Assembly: GCA_035221665.1 (NCBI GenBank)
Contig: CM069131.1
Span: forward strand, 25,606,001-25,670,000
Length of the DNA stretch: 64,000 nucleotides
Origin: Okamejei kenojei
Lineage: Eukaryota
Direction: 5' to 3'
The stretch's first letter is position 1. Each line of letters begins with the position of its first letter. Positions 36,464-49,145 of this stretch are shown here, one piece after another. The translations under genes and the position numbers were made by a program. The notes beneath the pieces are model-generated. The model did not search any database. It saw nothing but the letters and a program-made list of their open reading frames with translations, and had not been told where the DNA came from.

Positions 36464-39400
36464 AAAATAGTAAGATTAAATGAGAACTTACCAGTTTGAA
36501 GTTTGATCTTTATTTTATGAGGAGTTAAGACGAGGGACTACGTGAAGAACCCCACACAGCCGTTCGTTCGTCAATCTTCAAAGCAACGGTGTGAAATCAC
36601 AGGTAATAGTGACTGAAGTATAATAGTAAGAACAAAAGACTAGAACTACCAGATGACATTTATGAGGGTTGGGAATGGAGGGCACGTAGTCCCTCATCTT
36701 AACTCCTCATAAAATAAAGACCAAACATCAAACTGGTAAGTTCTCGTTTAATCTTACTATTTTACTTCGGAGTCACGTGAGTGATTACGTGAAGATTTCA
36801 AAGCTCTGTGATTTCATACCATGTTAAACGAGTATACACAACCACAGCTGCTTCATTGACAAATGAAGGGAAAACATTCATAATGCATACAGTCATGACA
36901 TAGATGTAAAACATGTTGATGCTGCTAAATGAAACAATAATATTTCCATCTCTCACCCAGGTGGAAAATATAACCAGAACATAAATAGAGTTAACAAATA
37001 CCCCTGGTTCAGCAATGGGTTATTATAGAATGTTTGGAGATTCTTTCGTTGGACCATGCTGCAGCCATAACAATGCGACCCAGCGGAACATAAATACCCT
37101 TGCTGCTGATGTTGTAGCAGCCCTGGTGGAATGAGATCTGGAATCAGAATCCATTCCTACATAACACAACTCTGTTTTTATCATCTGGAATGGCCTCCCA
37201 ATTTTTTTGTGACTAACAACATTGCTAGTCCAGAAACTCCAAGGCTCTTAATGACCTTGACATATTGTTGTATATATGTGTGCTTACCTTATCAAAGGTC
37301 CCCTGGCATGCCTGTGACTATTTTGAGACCTGACCCCCTTCTGGTCTGCTCAAGTATTTATAACATAATATTATATATTATAATTTACAGACATAATCAT
37401 CCTGTACCATCACAATGATGTAGCGACTGAACCTGCTGCACTAAACCAATGCCAGAAGGATAACTACCTAATAAACTCCAGCCCAATTTAAGGATATAGA
37501 TGGAGCCTTCTGGTGAAATAGTGTTCACAAATGTGAACATCGCATATGGCATTGTACTGGTTCTGGGAGACCTATGTTGAAGATATCCCTACCACTTGAT
37601 ATCCAGTGTGGACCCGACAGAGCGAGTCTTGTTTGTTACAGCCAACTCAATGAGAAAACTCATTGACCCAATTAATGGCCGTATAACTCAATAATTAACA
37701 AACGATCATTTAACATGAACTCCAAACATTAGCAATTTATACCATTTTCAATGGAACATGAGCATAAACAAACTCTTTCATCTCCTGGAAAAGAAAAATT
37801 CTGCTGTTTGGTGCTATCCAAGCACTTTGAACACATAGAAGGATATGTAACAACCCAAACCTTAGGGCAGTTTATTAAACCTGCAGAACATAATTTGAGT
37901 TTATCATGCAACAACTGATTTCCCAAGCCTCAGGCTGAACCAGCAAATTACGTTTAAAATAACCAAATAAGGTTATATTATTATTTTTGACAAATCGGGA
38001 ATCAATTTGCATAATCACACAATAGGAACCTTAAGCGGCCTCTTAATGACTTTATTTGAAGCCTCGATTGATGAAACAAAATGGAGGGAGCCATAAAAGA
38101 CCTTCCTTCTCCTTTTAGCGATAATGTATCTTTCGCCACTGTTATGCCACATATTTTGCAACCAGTGAAATAAACATGAAACCAACATATATATATATTA
38201 GGTGTTCCATTTAACCAGAATTTCATAATATATTTTGATTCAACACCAATTCTGTGTTGCCATTAACCTATATGTGATGATTCTCCTGTGACAACAAGAT
38301 TATGTAACCATTCCAGGGGTCTTTAACCGATTGCACCCTCGTGACTAACATATGCCATCATCATAATGTATCAACCTGAACCTGCGCATGACAATATGTC
38401 TCGGCCCGAAACGTCGCCTATCTCCTTCGCTCCTTAGATGCTGCTGCACCCGCTGATTTTCTCCAGCTTTTTGTGTAAAGCAGTCTGAAGAAGGGTCTCG
38501 GCCCGAAACGTCGCCTATCTCCTTCGCTCCTTAGATGCTGCTGCACCCGCTGAGTTTCTCCAGCTTTTTGTGTAGCAGTCTGAAGAAGGGTCTCGGCCCA
38601 AAACGTCGCCTATCTCCTTCGCTCCTTAGATGCTGCTGCACCCGCTGAGTTTCTCCAGCTTTTTGTGTACCCTCGATTCTCCAGCATCTGCAGTTCCTTC
38701 TTTAAACATTTATGACAATATGCATATTTGTCCAATCACTCTTTAACCCATACAATGCCCGTAGGGTCCGTAGATAATTGATACCAATAAATGAAAAATT
38801 TGCAAGTCATGCAAGTCTGCTCCACCTCCAAACTCAAGATGATATTTGCAACTTGGTATCTACCGTAAACAGCAACTGTGGCCCGATTTCCGAGCCAGTC
38901 TTGCAAGACAATCTTGGTCCTTCTACTGAACCTGCCCAATTCTAACCTGCTTGAAAAGCTAGTATCGTCCATTTTACATGGTTAGACCCCTCAAAGTAGC
39001 TGATAACGTCTAAATCATTTGTAATGTATAACTAAGTGTACACCTTACCAAGCTGTAAGTGGTCCCTTAATTGTAGAGTAGCACAGGCACAGTGCGTGGA
39101 ACCTCTGGCCAGCTGTCATGCTGCCACAACTTCAGTGAACCGCTTACTGCCAAAGAAGACGTGGGGTGCATTGTCGCCGAAACTATGAAACCTTGCTCGT
39201 TCCAATAGCTTGAGCTTCGCCCTCCAGGTTTCACCTATGGAAATGTCTTACCTGAATAGAAGATTCGGCGGCCAACTGTAATGTCCCCCTGAGAGCGATG
39301 TTCACTGCATGTGTGTTTGGGATGGCAACTTTCCTGCCAGGCATAGACCTCTGGCACATGCCCTGTATCCCTTGGGCATGCTCTACGGCTATACCCTCAG

Positions 39401-40060
39401 ACTCGGCGTTAGACTATACTGATCCCACATGCTCTCCTCTTACATGAGGGAGCCATTAAGCAGCCCTGATACACGGTGCTGCTGGCGCAGCTTCAGCAAT
39501 ACGCCGACTTTGCCATGGCCCCAGCGTCAGACTAATACTGATGCTGCATGCTCTCCTCCTACATGAGGGAGACACTAAGCAGGCCTGCTACTAAGCCCTG
39601 CTGACACAATTTCCCATTTAGGACCATAGCACAAATTTGCAATATAATGAAAGATTTACCTAGCAACTACTGGAGCAGTAATGAATATTCTGGAACCGCA
39701 CTATTCTTGGGTATCCCATCCCCAGGAACCCAACCTGTGGAGTCACTGACCGCGTTATCAGTGACTCTGATCGCGAACCCAACATTCCCAGCTCTTCGCT
39801 TCCTCGGTCGAACCAGGGTTTTTCCCCCAAAGCCCTAGGCTGGTTCCCTCGTCGGCCATCGCGAACATCCCGCAAAAACCTCAGAGGTTCCTGCAGGAGA
39901 CCTACAACAGTAAAGAATAGCACTTACTTGAAGTTTTAGACTTACCATTGGAGGAGCTGCGCTGCTCCACAGTCGTCTGCACGAAAGCGTCTGACGTAAT
40001 GACGCACAAACGGCTATACGGGGTTCTTCACGTAGTCACTCACGTGACTGAAGTAAAATA
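36464..40060 (-). mobile_element. DIRS1-type tyrosine-recombinase retrotransposon, decayed
   Basis: Inverted terminal motifs gactacgtgaagaacccc (36536-36553 versus its complement ~40019-40037). Internal complementary region 36683-36794 matches both termini. Antisense of ~37020-37135 reads SHSTRAATTSAA..MAAAWSNE..QTFYN (YR motifs, frameshifted). Confidence 0.85.
38399..38711 (+). repeat. Head-to-tail trimer (~95-97 bp period) of a PLE terminal unit with hammerhead-like core; 11-bp TSD
   Basis: tctcggccc recurs at 38399, 38496 and 38591; CTGAAGAAGGGTCTCGGCCCGAAACGTC at 38485-38512; TSD atgacaatatg at 38388-38398 and 38712-38722. Confidence 0.85.
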
Positions 40061-40470
40061 GCCATGGTGTTTAAAAGGAAATTTAAAATACATTTGCTGC
40101 TCCTTTTTCGAGCTTGGTTAATTTTGAGCAATGGCTACAATGCAAGGTGCTTCGTTTCCCCCACAAAAAAACAAACAATAAAGCCAGAGGTAATTGTCCC
40201 TTCCCCTCAGTTTCCTTCCCATACGCAAGAGAGCAAGAAAACCTTGCCCAATGCAGATCTTCCCTATTCAGTCTAACAAATCTGAGTTCAGTGGTAGATA
40301 GTAATGTAATGTGTTTGATAAATAGTTTCTGCAGCGCACCATATACTATCAAAATATTGCAGACTTTGTAGTTCTGTATAACATGTTAAATGGAGTGCAC
40401 TGTGGCAGTGAGCTATCTTGAGTCTGTAGCTGTAAATGCCTCTGGCCTTAATGCTCTCATTCTCTTGAAG

Positions 40471-40551
40471 GAATTGATTAGCCGAATGCTGCAGGTGAAT
40501 ATTGAGTCACGCTACACAGCTGAGAAAGTTCTGACTCATCCGTGGGTGGCT
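40471..40551 (+). CDS. DCLK2: DCLK2 coding exon (end of kinase domain)
   Basis: cattctcttgaag| ... |gtgagt; 81 nt; ELISRMLQVNIESRYTAEKVLTHPWVA. Confidence 0.94.
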
Positions 40552-41484
40552 GTGAGTATTGATATAATAGAGAACTGCAAAATGTACTGACTTCACCACA
40601 GTAAAGACTGGCCAAATGAATGGTGGCAGCAAGTGGACCATTAAGTATTGTATTAAAAATTGCCTTTTCGACCCGGCCGAATCCTACCTGTTTAAAATAT
40701 GACAGTGAGACAGATATGGGAGTGAACAAGCAGGCGAATACCGAGCAGGAAAAAAGCAGAGCAGCTGAGGATAGATCATAATAACTGTTCTTAATGACTT
40801 CCTGCTCCAAATAGACACAGACAAACCTTGAGCGGCACACTCATTTCAGGCTATGATATTCCCAATAACATGAATTACATTATAAATAAGATGAAAATAC
40901 TAAACTACTGGATTATGGCTCAAAGTCAGTAAGTGTCTGGAGAGAGATACAACCTGTACAAAGTGTTGAGAAAGACCAAGGAGGAAATCCATGAGGCGCA
41001 ACCATTCATTATACCTAGTGAGCAGTGGAGAGCTACAAAAAGATTGGAAAATGTAATGCCAAATTCAGTATGGATGATGAAGCCAAACACTGGAAACTCC
41101 AGACTCATTCATCTTATTTATACACTCACAAAAAGCATTTGATTATTGAGGTAAGTCTGGGTTTAAAGGGATAGTTGGACCTGTTCATATAATTGCTCAA
41201 GAGATGGAAGGCCGAGTATTGCTGAACAGATATTTTTCCAGATGGAGAAACAGGCAGTGTGATCCCTATTTTCTATGTTCTTGCTTTATGCAAGTCCATG
41301 ACTTGTCTTTCCTTACATTATACAAGTCCTGATCTAGCAGGTGGGAATATGATTTCAAATCTGCATATGGGACAATACTGCAAGTAGGGAAAAGATGTTT
41401 GGAGACCCCTAGGATGAGTGACTTCAGTTTTCTGAATGAAATTGGAAGCAGTTTGGGAAAGTGAATGGAGGCTATGATAAACCT

Positions 41485-41830
41485 GAAGATAGACACAAAT
41501 TGCTGGAGTAATTCAGCGGGTCAGGCAGCATCTCTGGAGAAAGGAATAGGTGATGTTTCGGGTCGAGACCCTTCTTTAGACTGAGAGCCAGGGGAGAGGG
41601 AAACTAGAGGTGTGAAAAGGTATAAAGAACAAACAAATGAAAGGTATGAAAAGAACAAATCAAGCCCAGCATCCTTGATCAAGGAAAGGTGGAGCCCACA
41701 ATGGTCCATAGTTGGCTGTGGAAGAGGTGATAACAAGGGGGTACGAACAATGAAACTCAGCAGGACAGCAGTGAAACCAGTAGGATAACTAGGATGGGGG
41801 AGGGACAGAGAGAGAGGGAGTGCAAGGGTG
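41485..41830 (-). mobile_element. Penelope-like element 3' fragment inserted in an old CR1
   Basis: Antisense pLTR with mutated hammerhead-like core (reverse complement ctaaagaagggtctcgacccgaaacatc); body homologous to 21780-22195. Confidence 0.75.
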
Positions 41831-42537
41831 AGTTTTTTCCACCCAGAAAGTAATCAGCTGAGAGTTACAGAAGATGGTGAAGGATATTGGAAAAAGATAC
41901 CCAAGAATATGGAACTAGATAATATGGCTCAAACTAGCAAAAGTTAATCTGGAGAATAATCTGGGCAGTATTTTTCATTCATTTCAATAATTATGAAAAT
42001 TGCAGGAAATATATTAGTCTAATGTAATAATTCTAATTTCCTACAAAATCATTTAACTATTTTGCTTACATTATGTAAATAATTATGTTACACAGGTCTG
42101 GAGTTTAAAGTCATCTTTAATTGTAACACATAGTATAGCGGTACAGCAGGTTGTTAGTTGCTAATTCATCACCACCGCTTCCAAGACTACTTAATGTAGG
42201 ATGTGAGTGTTAATATAAAGCATACAGTGAGGTGATGCTACTCTACTATGATTGGTTCACATGCAATATCCAATCTACACATTATAATGACGTTTCAATA
42301 CTACTGTTTGTTGTGAAGATCTGTATGATAAAGTGGCAGGGTTGGTGCAGGCCTTGTTTAAAGTTTATTAGAATTAGATTCACTAAATATTGTAATGTGT
42401 CAGCAAACTAAGGATTACATTTAGCCTATATTGTGCTGTTCCTGTCCAGGACATACATCTGCTGCAGCAGTCCAGAGGCAGTTGTGTGAGTAGAAACCGA
42501 TGGGAGATTTTACCTGTTCAATACTTCTTCCCTGCAG

Positions 42538-42651
42538 GATGATATGGCACAAGAGCAAGACATGCAGATGGCAGTAACTGGCAAATTAAGAAAGCACTTT
42601 AATCCAGCAGCAAAGCAGAATAATACTACTGCAGGCGTCAGCGTAATTATG
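42538..42651 (+). CDS. DCLK2: DCLK2 coding exon (C-terminal regulatory tail)
   Basis: cttcttccctgcag| ... |gtgagt; 114 nt; DDMAQEQDMQMAVTGKLRKHFNPAAKQNNTTAGVSVIM, matching the DCLK GKxKxHFN...GVSVI tail. Confidence 0.93.
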
Positions 42652-43229
42652 GTGAGTTCAACTAAATGCCTCAGTTAAGGAAAATCTCCAACTAGAAATT
42701 TGACAGTGTTAGTGTTGCTAACATTTCCTGCGAAGCAGTAATTTGATCTGAGACTGCCCCTGGAAACTCCACTTAGCATCTCAGAATATTAAGTTGTAGG
42801 TCCATGCCTACAAACTCCAACAATGCATTTATTTGGGGGTACAAATTATATGGGCTTGCGTCATTGGTGCAATAACTACTTCTAGAAAAGCACTGGTAGA
42901 GTCTTGTGGATAAAAGAGCAGATTTACAACTTATTCTTAAAAGGAAAAGATATACAGTCACGAAAAAGAAATTGGAAGTAAACTATTTTTTGGGGAAGCG
43001 GTTTGTCAATCATGTGTTTATGTCTGTTTTTGTCTGTAGATTTTCCTTGCCTTTGCATGTTTATTTCCTTATTTCGACCCTGTTATATCTATCCTGTTTC
43101 TTCTACTCACTTTCTCCTCTTTCCAGTTCTCCTTAGCCCACCCTCCTTTCCTCAGTACAATCCCTCAATCCTTCAAAACAGTTCTCCTCCGAGAACTGTT
43201 AAGAAGATAGGTATAGATGAAATAGGTTG

Positions 43230-43725
43230 TGGGCAGTCACAGTGGCGCAACGGTAGAGTTGCTGCCTTTGCAAAATGCAGCGCCAGAGACCCGGGTTCGA
43301 TCCCGACTACGGTTGCTGTCTGTATGGAGTTTGTACATTCTACCCGTGATCTGCGTGGGTTTTCTCTGCGATCTTCGGTTTCCTCCCACACTCCAAAGAT
43401 GTACAGGTTTGTAGGTTAATTGGCTTGATTAATTCAGCCCATCTAGTCTACTCTGCCATTCAATCATGCCTGATCTCTGCCTCCTAATCCCACTTTCCTG
43501 CCTTCTCTCCATAAGCCAAGACACCCGTTCTAATCAAGAATTTGTCTATCTCTGCCTTAAAAATATCCACTGACTTGGCCTCCACACTCTTTGTGGCAAT
43601 GAGTTCCACAGATTAACTACCCTCTGACTAAAGAAGTTCTTCCTCAGCTCCTTTCTAAAAAAAGTGCCCTTTAATTCTGAGGCCTAGACTCTCCCACCAG
43701 TGGAAACATCCTTTCCACATCCACT
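43230..43725. mobile_element. tRNA-SINE 5' part (+) abutting a CR1 3' fragment (-)
   Basis: gtggcgcaacggtagagttgctgcc...gggttcgatccc, then from ~43435 antisense CR1 (tatccactgacttggcctccac...gaggcctagactctcccacc). Confidence 0.75.
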
Positions 43726-44394
43726 GTTCTCTCATGGAGGATTAAGGAAGAGAAATAAAGGATGGCTTTGACACTGATGCCCATAATCGCGAAATGAATA
43801 ACTAAAATAAAAACTGGTTATACAACCGAGGGTCATGGCTTGAATCGCTGCAGCCTCTTTGCTGATACTCCAAATTACATTTGTTGTGAAACCAAAGGGA
43901 TCAATCTTTTGTGGGATAGCTGGAATTATCCTTGTGCATAACACATATAAAACATGCCACCAAGTCTGCCCGTCTCAGACCTTGCTGTGAAACGTCTACC
44001 GGGTGAAGCAGTACAGAGAACAGGAAACCCCTTGGTTCAAGGCCAAGTTGTCTGACGTCGATGAGAAACAAAGAATAAGGGCAGTTAGTTCCATGGACTA
44101 GGGTGGAAGCACATCATCTGTAGTTCCTACTGACTGCTCAATGCAGCCTACCCACACACCAACAACACCTGTCCCTGTGCCCAACATAACTTTACTGACA
44201 CAAATTTATTTGTGTTTGATCCTGTCGTCAGTGGGATAGAATTCCACAGCCTTGCACCATAAAAAGAGACAACAAAGCAAAGTTCCTCACGTGTTTAGGT
44301 GGCTTATAGAGCTCTGCCTGAACTAGAGCTGAGAAGGTTACATTAATAGGAGAATTTGTACACACAGCTTATTGTCAATCCAAAAATAAAACAT

Positions 44395-44790
44395 AAAACT
44401 GCAGATGCTGGTTTATACCGAAGATAGACACAAGATGCTGGAGAAACTCAGCGGGGCAGGCAGCGTCTGTGGATAGAAGGAATGGGTGACGTTTCAGGAC
44501 GAGACCCTTCCTCAACTGAGACACAGAAACATGGAAGGATCAGGTGTTAAATGAGAGAACAAAGTGGACGAAGATCAAGGAAAATCTAGAATAGTTACAT
44601 GTAGTTAAATGTACATGTAGCTAATCTACATATAGCTAAATGTAGAATAGCATTGTTAGCTAGGGGAAGGTGGCATACAAAGAAAATTAATCAGGAGGAC
44701 AGTCAGACTGGTCAGAGAACTAGGATGGGGAGGACTGGAGAGAGAGGGAAAGCAAGGGTTACTTGAAGTTAGAGAAGTCAATATTCATAT
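44395..44790 (-). mobile_element. Penelope-like element 3' fragment (inverted relative to the adjacent PLE body)
   Basis: aactgcagatgctgg...gacacaagatgctggagaaactcagcggg...gacgtttcaggacgagacccttc; ends ggttacttgaagttagagaagtcaat. Confidence 0.75.
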
Positions 44791-44799
44791 TCATTCATT

Positions 44800-46580
44800 C
44801 AAACATAAACTGTTGGACATATAGAGATTGATTATTTTGTGAAGAGAGAAAAGAGAGAAGTGGATTCAGTGTAAACCCTCACCCATCATAAAATGATAGT
44901 TTCCATGTATCATCCAAGACACCGCACACAGGCTTCAGCAATTCAACAACCTTCCATTCCTAGGCCCCAATGCATCATCTTTACCATAGCTGTCCAGTCC
45001 CTCTACATCTCCATTATCCCCAGGTCCCTCCAGTTCTTCTTTAAATAGAGACCCAATAAGTTCCTCACAATTAACCCTTGTCCTCACCCATAACAAGTTC
45101 TCTTTTGAATCCACTCACTTTCTTCAAGTTCAATGGTGTAGCCATGGATGCTCACATGGGCCCCAGCTATGCCAGTATTTTTGTTGGTTCCATTGAATAC
45201 TCTTTGTTCCAAATGCCGCATTGGGGTTGCTTCCTGCACCCATTCAGAACTCGATGAATTCATCAACTTTACTACTAACTTTCGCCCTGTCCTCAAGTTC
45301 ACTTGGACAACTTGTGACATCTCTTTTCCCTTTCTCAGTCTCCCTAGCTCCATCACAGGAGACAGACTATTGACTGGTGTCAATATGCTCACATTTGCTC
45401 CCAAGGTTAAGTTTTTCATCTGAGATATCCGCTTTCTTCAGTAAACATGGTTTTCCTCCTGTTGTTGTGGATAGAGCACTCACCCATATCTCCTCTGTGC
45501 CCCGCAGTTGTGCTTGAACTCCCTCTCCCCAGCTGGAGAAAGAACAGAGTTCCATTGGTCTTCATATTTCACCTCACCATCCTCCACATCCAACACATCT
45601 ATCTCCAACAATTCTGTCGCCTTCAACATGATCCCACCTGCAGTCACATCTTCCTGTCCCCAACCCATTCCACAGTTCGTAGGGACCTCCTCTCTCTTTC
45701 CAGCCACAGACCCTGACTGCCCTTGCAGATGAGAGAGAGGTTCACTGAGGGAAACTGAGAAAGGGGAAGGAGAGAGGTTCATATACAACGGCTCCAATTC
45801 TGTTCATCTCATTTGTTGTTCACAATGTGGCATCCTTTACATTGGCGAGATCAAGCGTACACCAGCATTTAGCTGAACATTTGCTCTCTGTCCACCAAGG
45901 CCTGCTGGATCTCCCATTTGCTAACCATTTTAACTCCCCTTTCCATTCCCATACCCAACTTTCTGTCCTTGACCTCCTCCATTGACAGAGTGAGGCCACA
46001 CACAAATTGGATGAACAGCATCTCGTATTTCATTTGGGTAGCCTACGAGCCATTGGTATGAACATTGAATTCTTCGATTTCAAGTAATAGCCCCTAACCC
46101 CCTCCCATCCCTCACATCTTACCCCTACCCCCCGCACCACACTGGTGTGCACCCATTTCTCCCACCATCACCCGCTACTCTGCCAAACTGATCCATCCCC
46201 TACCCCCCCACAGTAGAACAATTCCCACATCTCATATTTCCTTTTTCCTCCCTCTTTCCCATTCCCCTGGTCTCCAATCAGATCCCTCCCTCCGCTCTTT
46301 ACATTTCACTCCTCCTCTTCATTTCTCATCTGATACCTGTTTGTCTCCTATTGAAATACAAGCCCAGTATGCCAATCTTTCACTCCCATTACATGTCACA
46401 GATAATTTCACCTCTAGCCTTTGTCACCCATCTGCCAATCACACTACCCTCATCTGTATCTACCTATCACTTGCCAGACTCTGCCCCATCCACACCTTTC
46501 TATCCCTGCTTTCTCCTCCTTGCTCCTTCAGTTTAAAGTTATCTGTGCATTTCCTCACAGATGACCTGCTGTGTTCCTCC
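44800..46580 (+). mobile_element. Penelope-like element ORF remnant (RT + GIY-YIG endonuclease), pseudogenised
   Basis: GVAMDAHMGPSYASIFVG (~45135-45188), ELDEFINFTTNFRPVLKFTWT, CGILYIGEIKR (~45826-45858), DEQHLVFHLGSL..GMNIEF (~46010-46075); many frameshifts. Confidence 0.85.
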
Positions 46581-48827
46581 GACCCTTTTTTCTTATAAAA
46601 AGACTGTACCTCAATATACTTGCATATACAACAATAAACTCAATTTGGATTAGCATCCAAAGCATTGTCATCCATCTTCTGGTTCAGTTGCTATTTACAA
46701 TACTCCATTTCATCAATACCTTGTTTATGTTTCATACGACTTCAACTCTTCTTTTGAACCTATTTTGTTAAATGAATATTGTGCCAATGGTGGTATTAAA
46801 CACACTGACATTAATTGTATCCCTGCCAGATCTTGTACAAAGCTCCTGATTATATGGTCAGCTCAAAATAACGGCCCTTCCTGTAACAGTTCCTGATTCC
46901 AGTCTTTATCCAACAATTAGAACCAGTTGCATTGATTTTTTGTAAAAACTATTCACAGCTGATCCATTAATTCATTCTTGATCAGAGTAAGTTGAAGAAG
47001 CACAGCATAGGACAGGTTTTCCCTAATTCTCTCCCACCGTCTGACACAATTTCTTATCTAAGCCTTATCAAGATGAAAGACAGGACATATGACAATCTGG
47101 GACATATGACAATAAAACTTGTTGAACGTTCAACAGGATTTCCAGCATTGAAGGAGACTCCCTCTGTGAGGGGGATAAAAGATAACTGGGCTGTGATTTG
47201 GCCAATTGCCTCTTATGAAATGAGTAATCTACAGTATTTCCTCATCACTGTTGCTTCACAGAACCCTGGCACTTTTGTAGAGAACAGCACACACCCTTGC
47301 AATGTGGAAAGAATTTGCCCTGCCTTAGTCTCCCTGCATTTACACAGGACGAACGGTGAATATGGGTTTGCCGGGGAATACCCCGGATTTGTCTCAGATA
47401 TCGGGAGATTCCGTTCCGCATTTTTCAACAAAGCAATGTTGGAAATTTACTCAGAGTAGAGCAAATTTTTGCCAATTTCTACGTCGATTCCAGCAGGGTT
47501 TGCATTTAAAGTTTTACATTAAGTTTCATGATGTCGCACCTCTCCGAGATAATGCCAGCAAGATCACAATATTCAAAAACCATCTCTATCGTGATTTTTA
47601 ATCTTGCTCATTTAAAAAAAACAGTCATTCTTATTTACTCACCGAGCAATCGGATTTTATTAATCTTGTTTCCTCTAAAACTGTGCTACTTATAAGGCAT
47701 TACTCAAACACCATTCCTATAACAGCTTGAGACCTGTGACGTCAAACACAGCCTCATTCATGTGCCCAGACCTCATTGCCCTTACAGGGTGAGGCCATAG
47801 TCAATCTCAGTTTCCTAGTCTCAGGATCATTTCAGTTGTTGCTGCTTATCTCCACCACACCAGACATTGTTCTGCTTGCTGCAGCTTTAAGAAGGCTATG
47901 CAAACTCTATGTCCAAGGAAGAAAGACTTCACCTACTTCGCCTTTGGCCCAGAGAAACAGTTTGGTGCACATGAGGATTTGATAGAATTGCAGACTTCCC
48001 GATAGATTAAGCACATGGACAAGTATTCAATGGACCTCCCTGTAGCTTCTAACTAAACCTCTCCATAGCATCCTTGCACAAAAAACATGCCTCTTCTGGG
48101 TATTGTTCTTCACAAGCCTATCTAAGCTCCTATTTAAAGTGCCACCGCCTCACCAGCCCCCTTCGTTATTGCAGTGTTTATTCTTCACGCAGTATCAGTG
48201 GCTAGAGGAGTGCTTCCTGTTTCCTTATTTAAGGGAGATCAGCTGAGATTGCAGCTGCAAGGCGAAATGCTGGAAGGTCCATGAACTTACAGTGAAGTGA
48301 CAGAGTAGAGCTGGAACAGGCACATCACAGCCTTACACATAAAAACAGGGCATCATAATTTAAGATGACCTGCTTATTGAACTTCTAAAACAAATTTAAC
48401 GGTGACACCCAGTTCCATTTTAATGCCATTAAATATGTTAAGCAAATTTTAGGCTGGAATTCCTGTAATTTATGAAGGTTATAATTTAAAGACTTCAGTG
48501 TTGTCGGTATGGTGACAGAGGTCCCACTCTCCGAACGTCTCCGTGTGCCCCCAACACGGCACCTGATGTGCCAGTTTGGAGCCTGAAAGTTGTCCGTATC
48601 AGTTGGGGCCAAAGTTCCCCGTGTACATTGTTACATGTAGACCCAGCAGAATAACTTGCAACTTCAGCTGACTCCACCTCAAGGTCTTTTAAGCTGCAGA
48701 TGTTAACAAGGCACACAAACAGCTGTGATGTCAGCTAAGATATTCAACTCTGGGAAACAGGATTTTTGGCCTAAGCTGCGATGGCTACTGTGTTTCCAGT
48801 GCACAGTAATTTGCATAAACTACGAGA

Positions 48828-49145
48828 GGGCGGCCACGGTGGCGCAGCGGTAGAGTTGCTGCCTTACAGTGCTTGCAGCGCCGGAGACACGGGTTCGATC
48901 CCGATTACAGGTGCTGTCTATACAGAGTTTGTACATTCTCCCCGTGACCTGCGTGGTTTTTCTCCAAGCTCTTCGGTTTCCTGCCACACTCCAAAGATGT
49001 ACAAGTTTGTAGGTAAATTGGCTTGGTAAATGTAAGAATTGTCCCTTGTGTGTGAAGGATAGTATTAATGTGCGGGGATCGCTGGTTGGTGCGTACCTGA
49101 TGTGCCGAAGGGCCTGTTTCCTCGCTGTATCTCTAAACTAGACTA
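48828..49145 (+). mobile_element. Full-length tRNA-derived SINE (HE1-like)
   Basis: A box TGGCGCAGCGG 48840-48850, B box GGTTCGATCCC 48892-48902, CR1-like tail gccgaagggcctgtttcc..ctgtatctctaaacta. Confidence 0.85.

Noticed and set aside
38399-38711. CRISPR-like array
   Set aside because: Units are repeated in full with no unique spacers, the context is a vertebrate intron, and there are no cas genes.
48828-48910. tRNA gene (A and B boxes); also near 43230 and 13040
   Set aside because: Continues into a SINE body and CR1-derived tail, with no proper cloverleaf or terminator.
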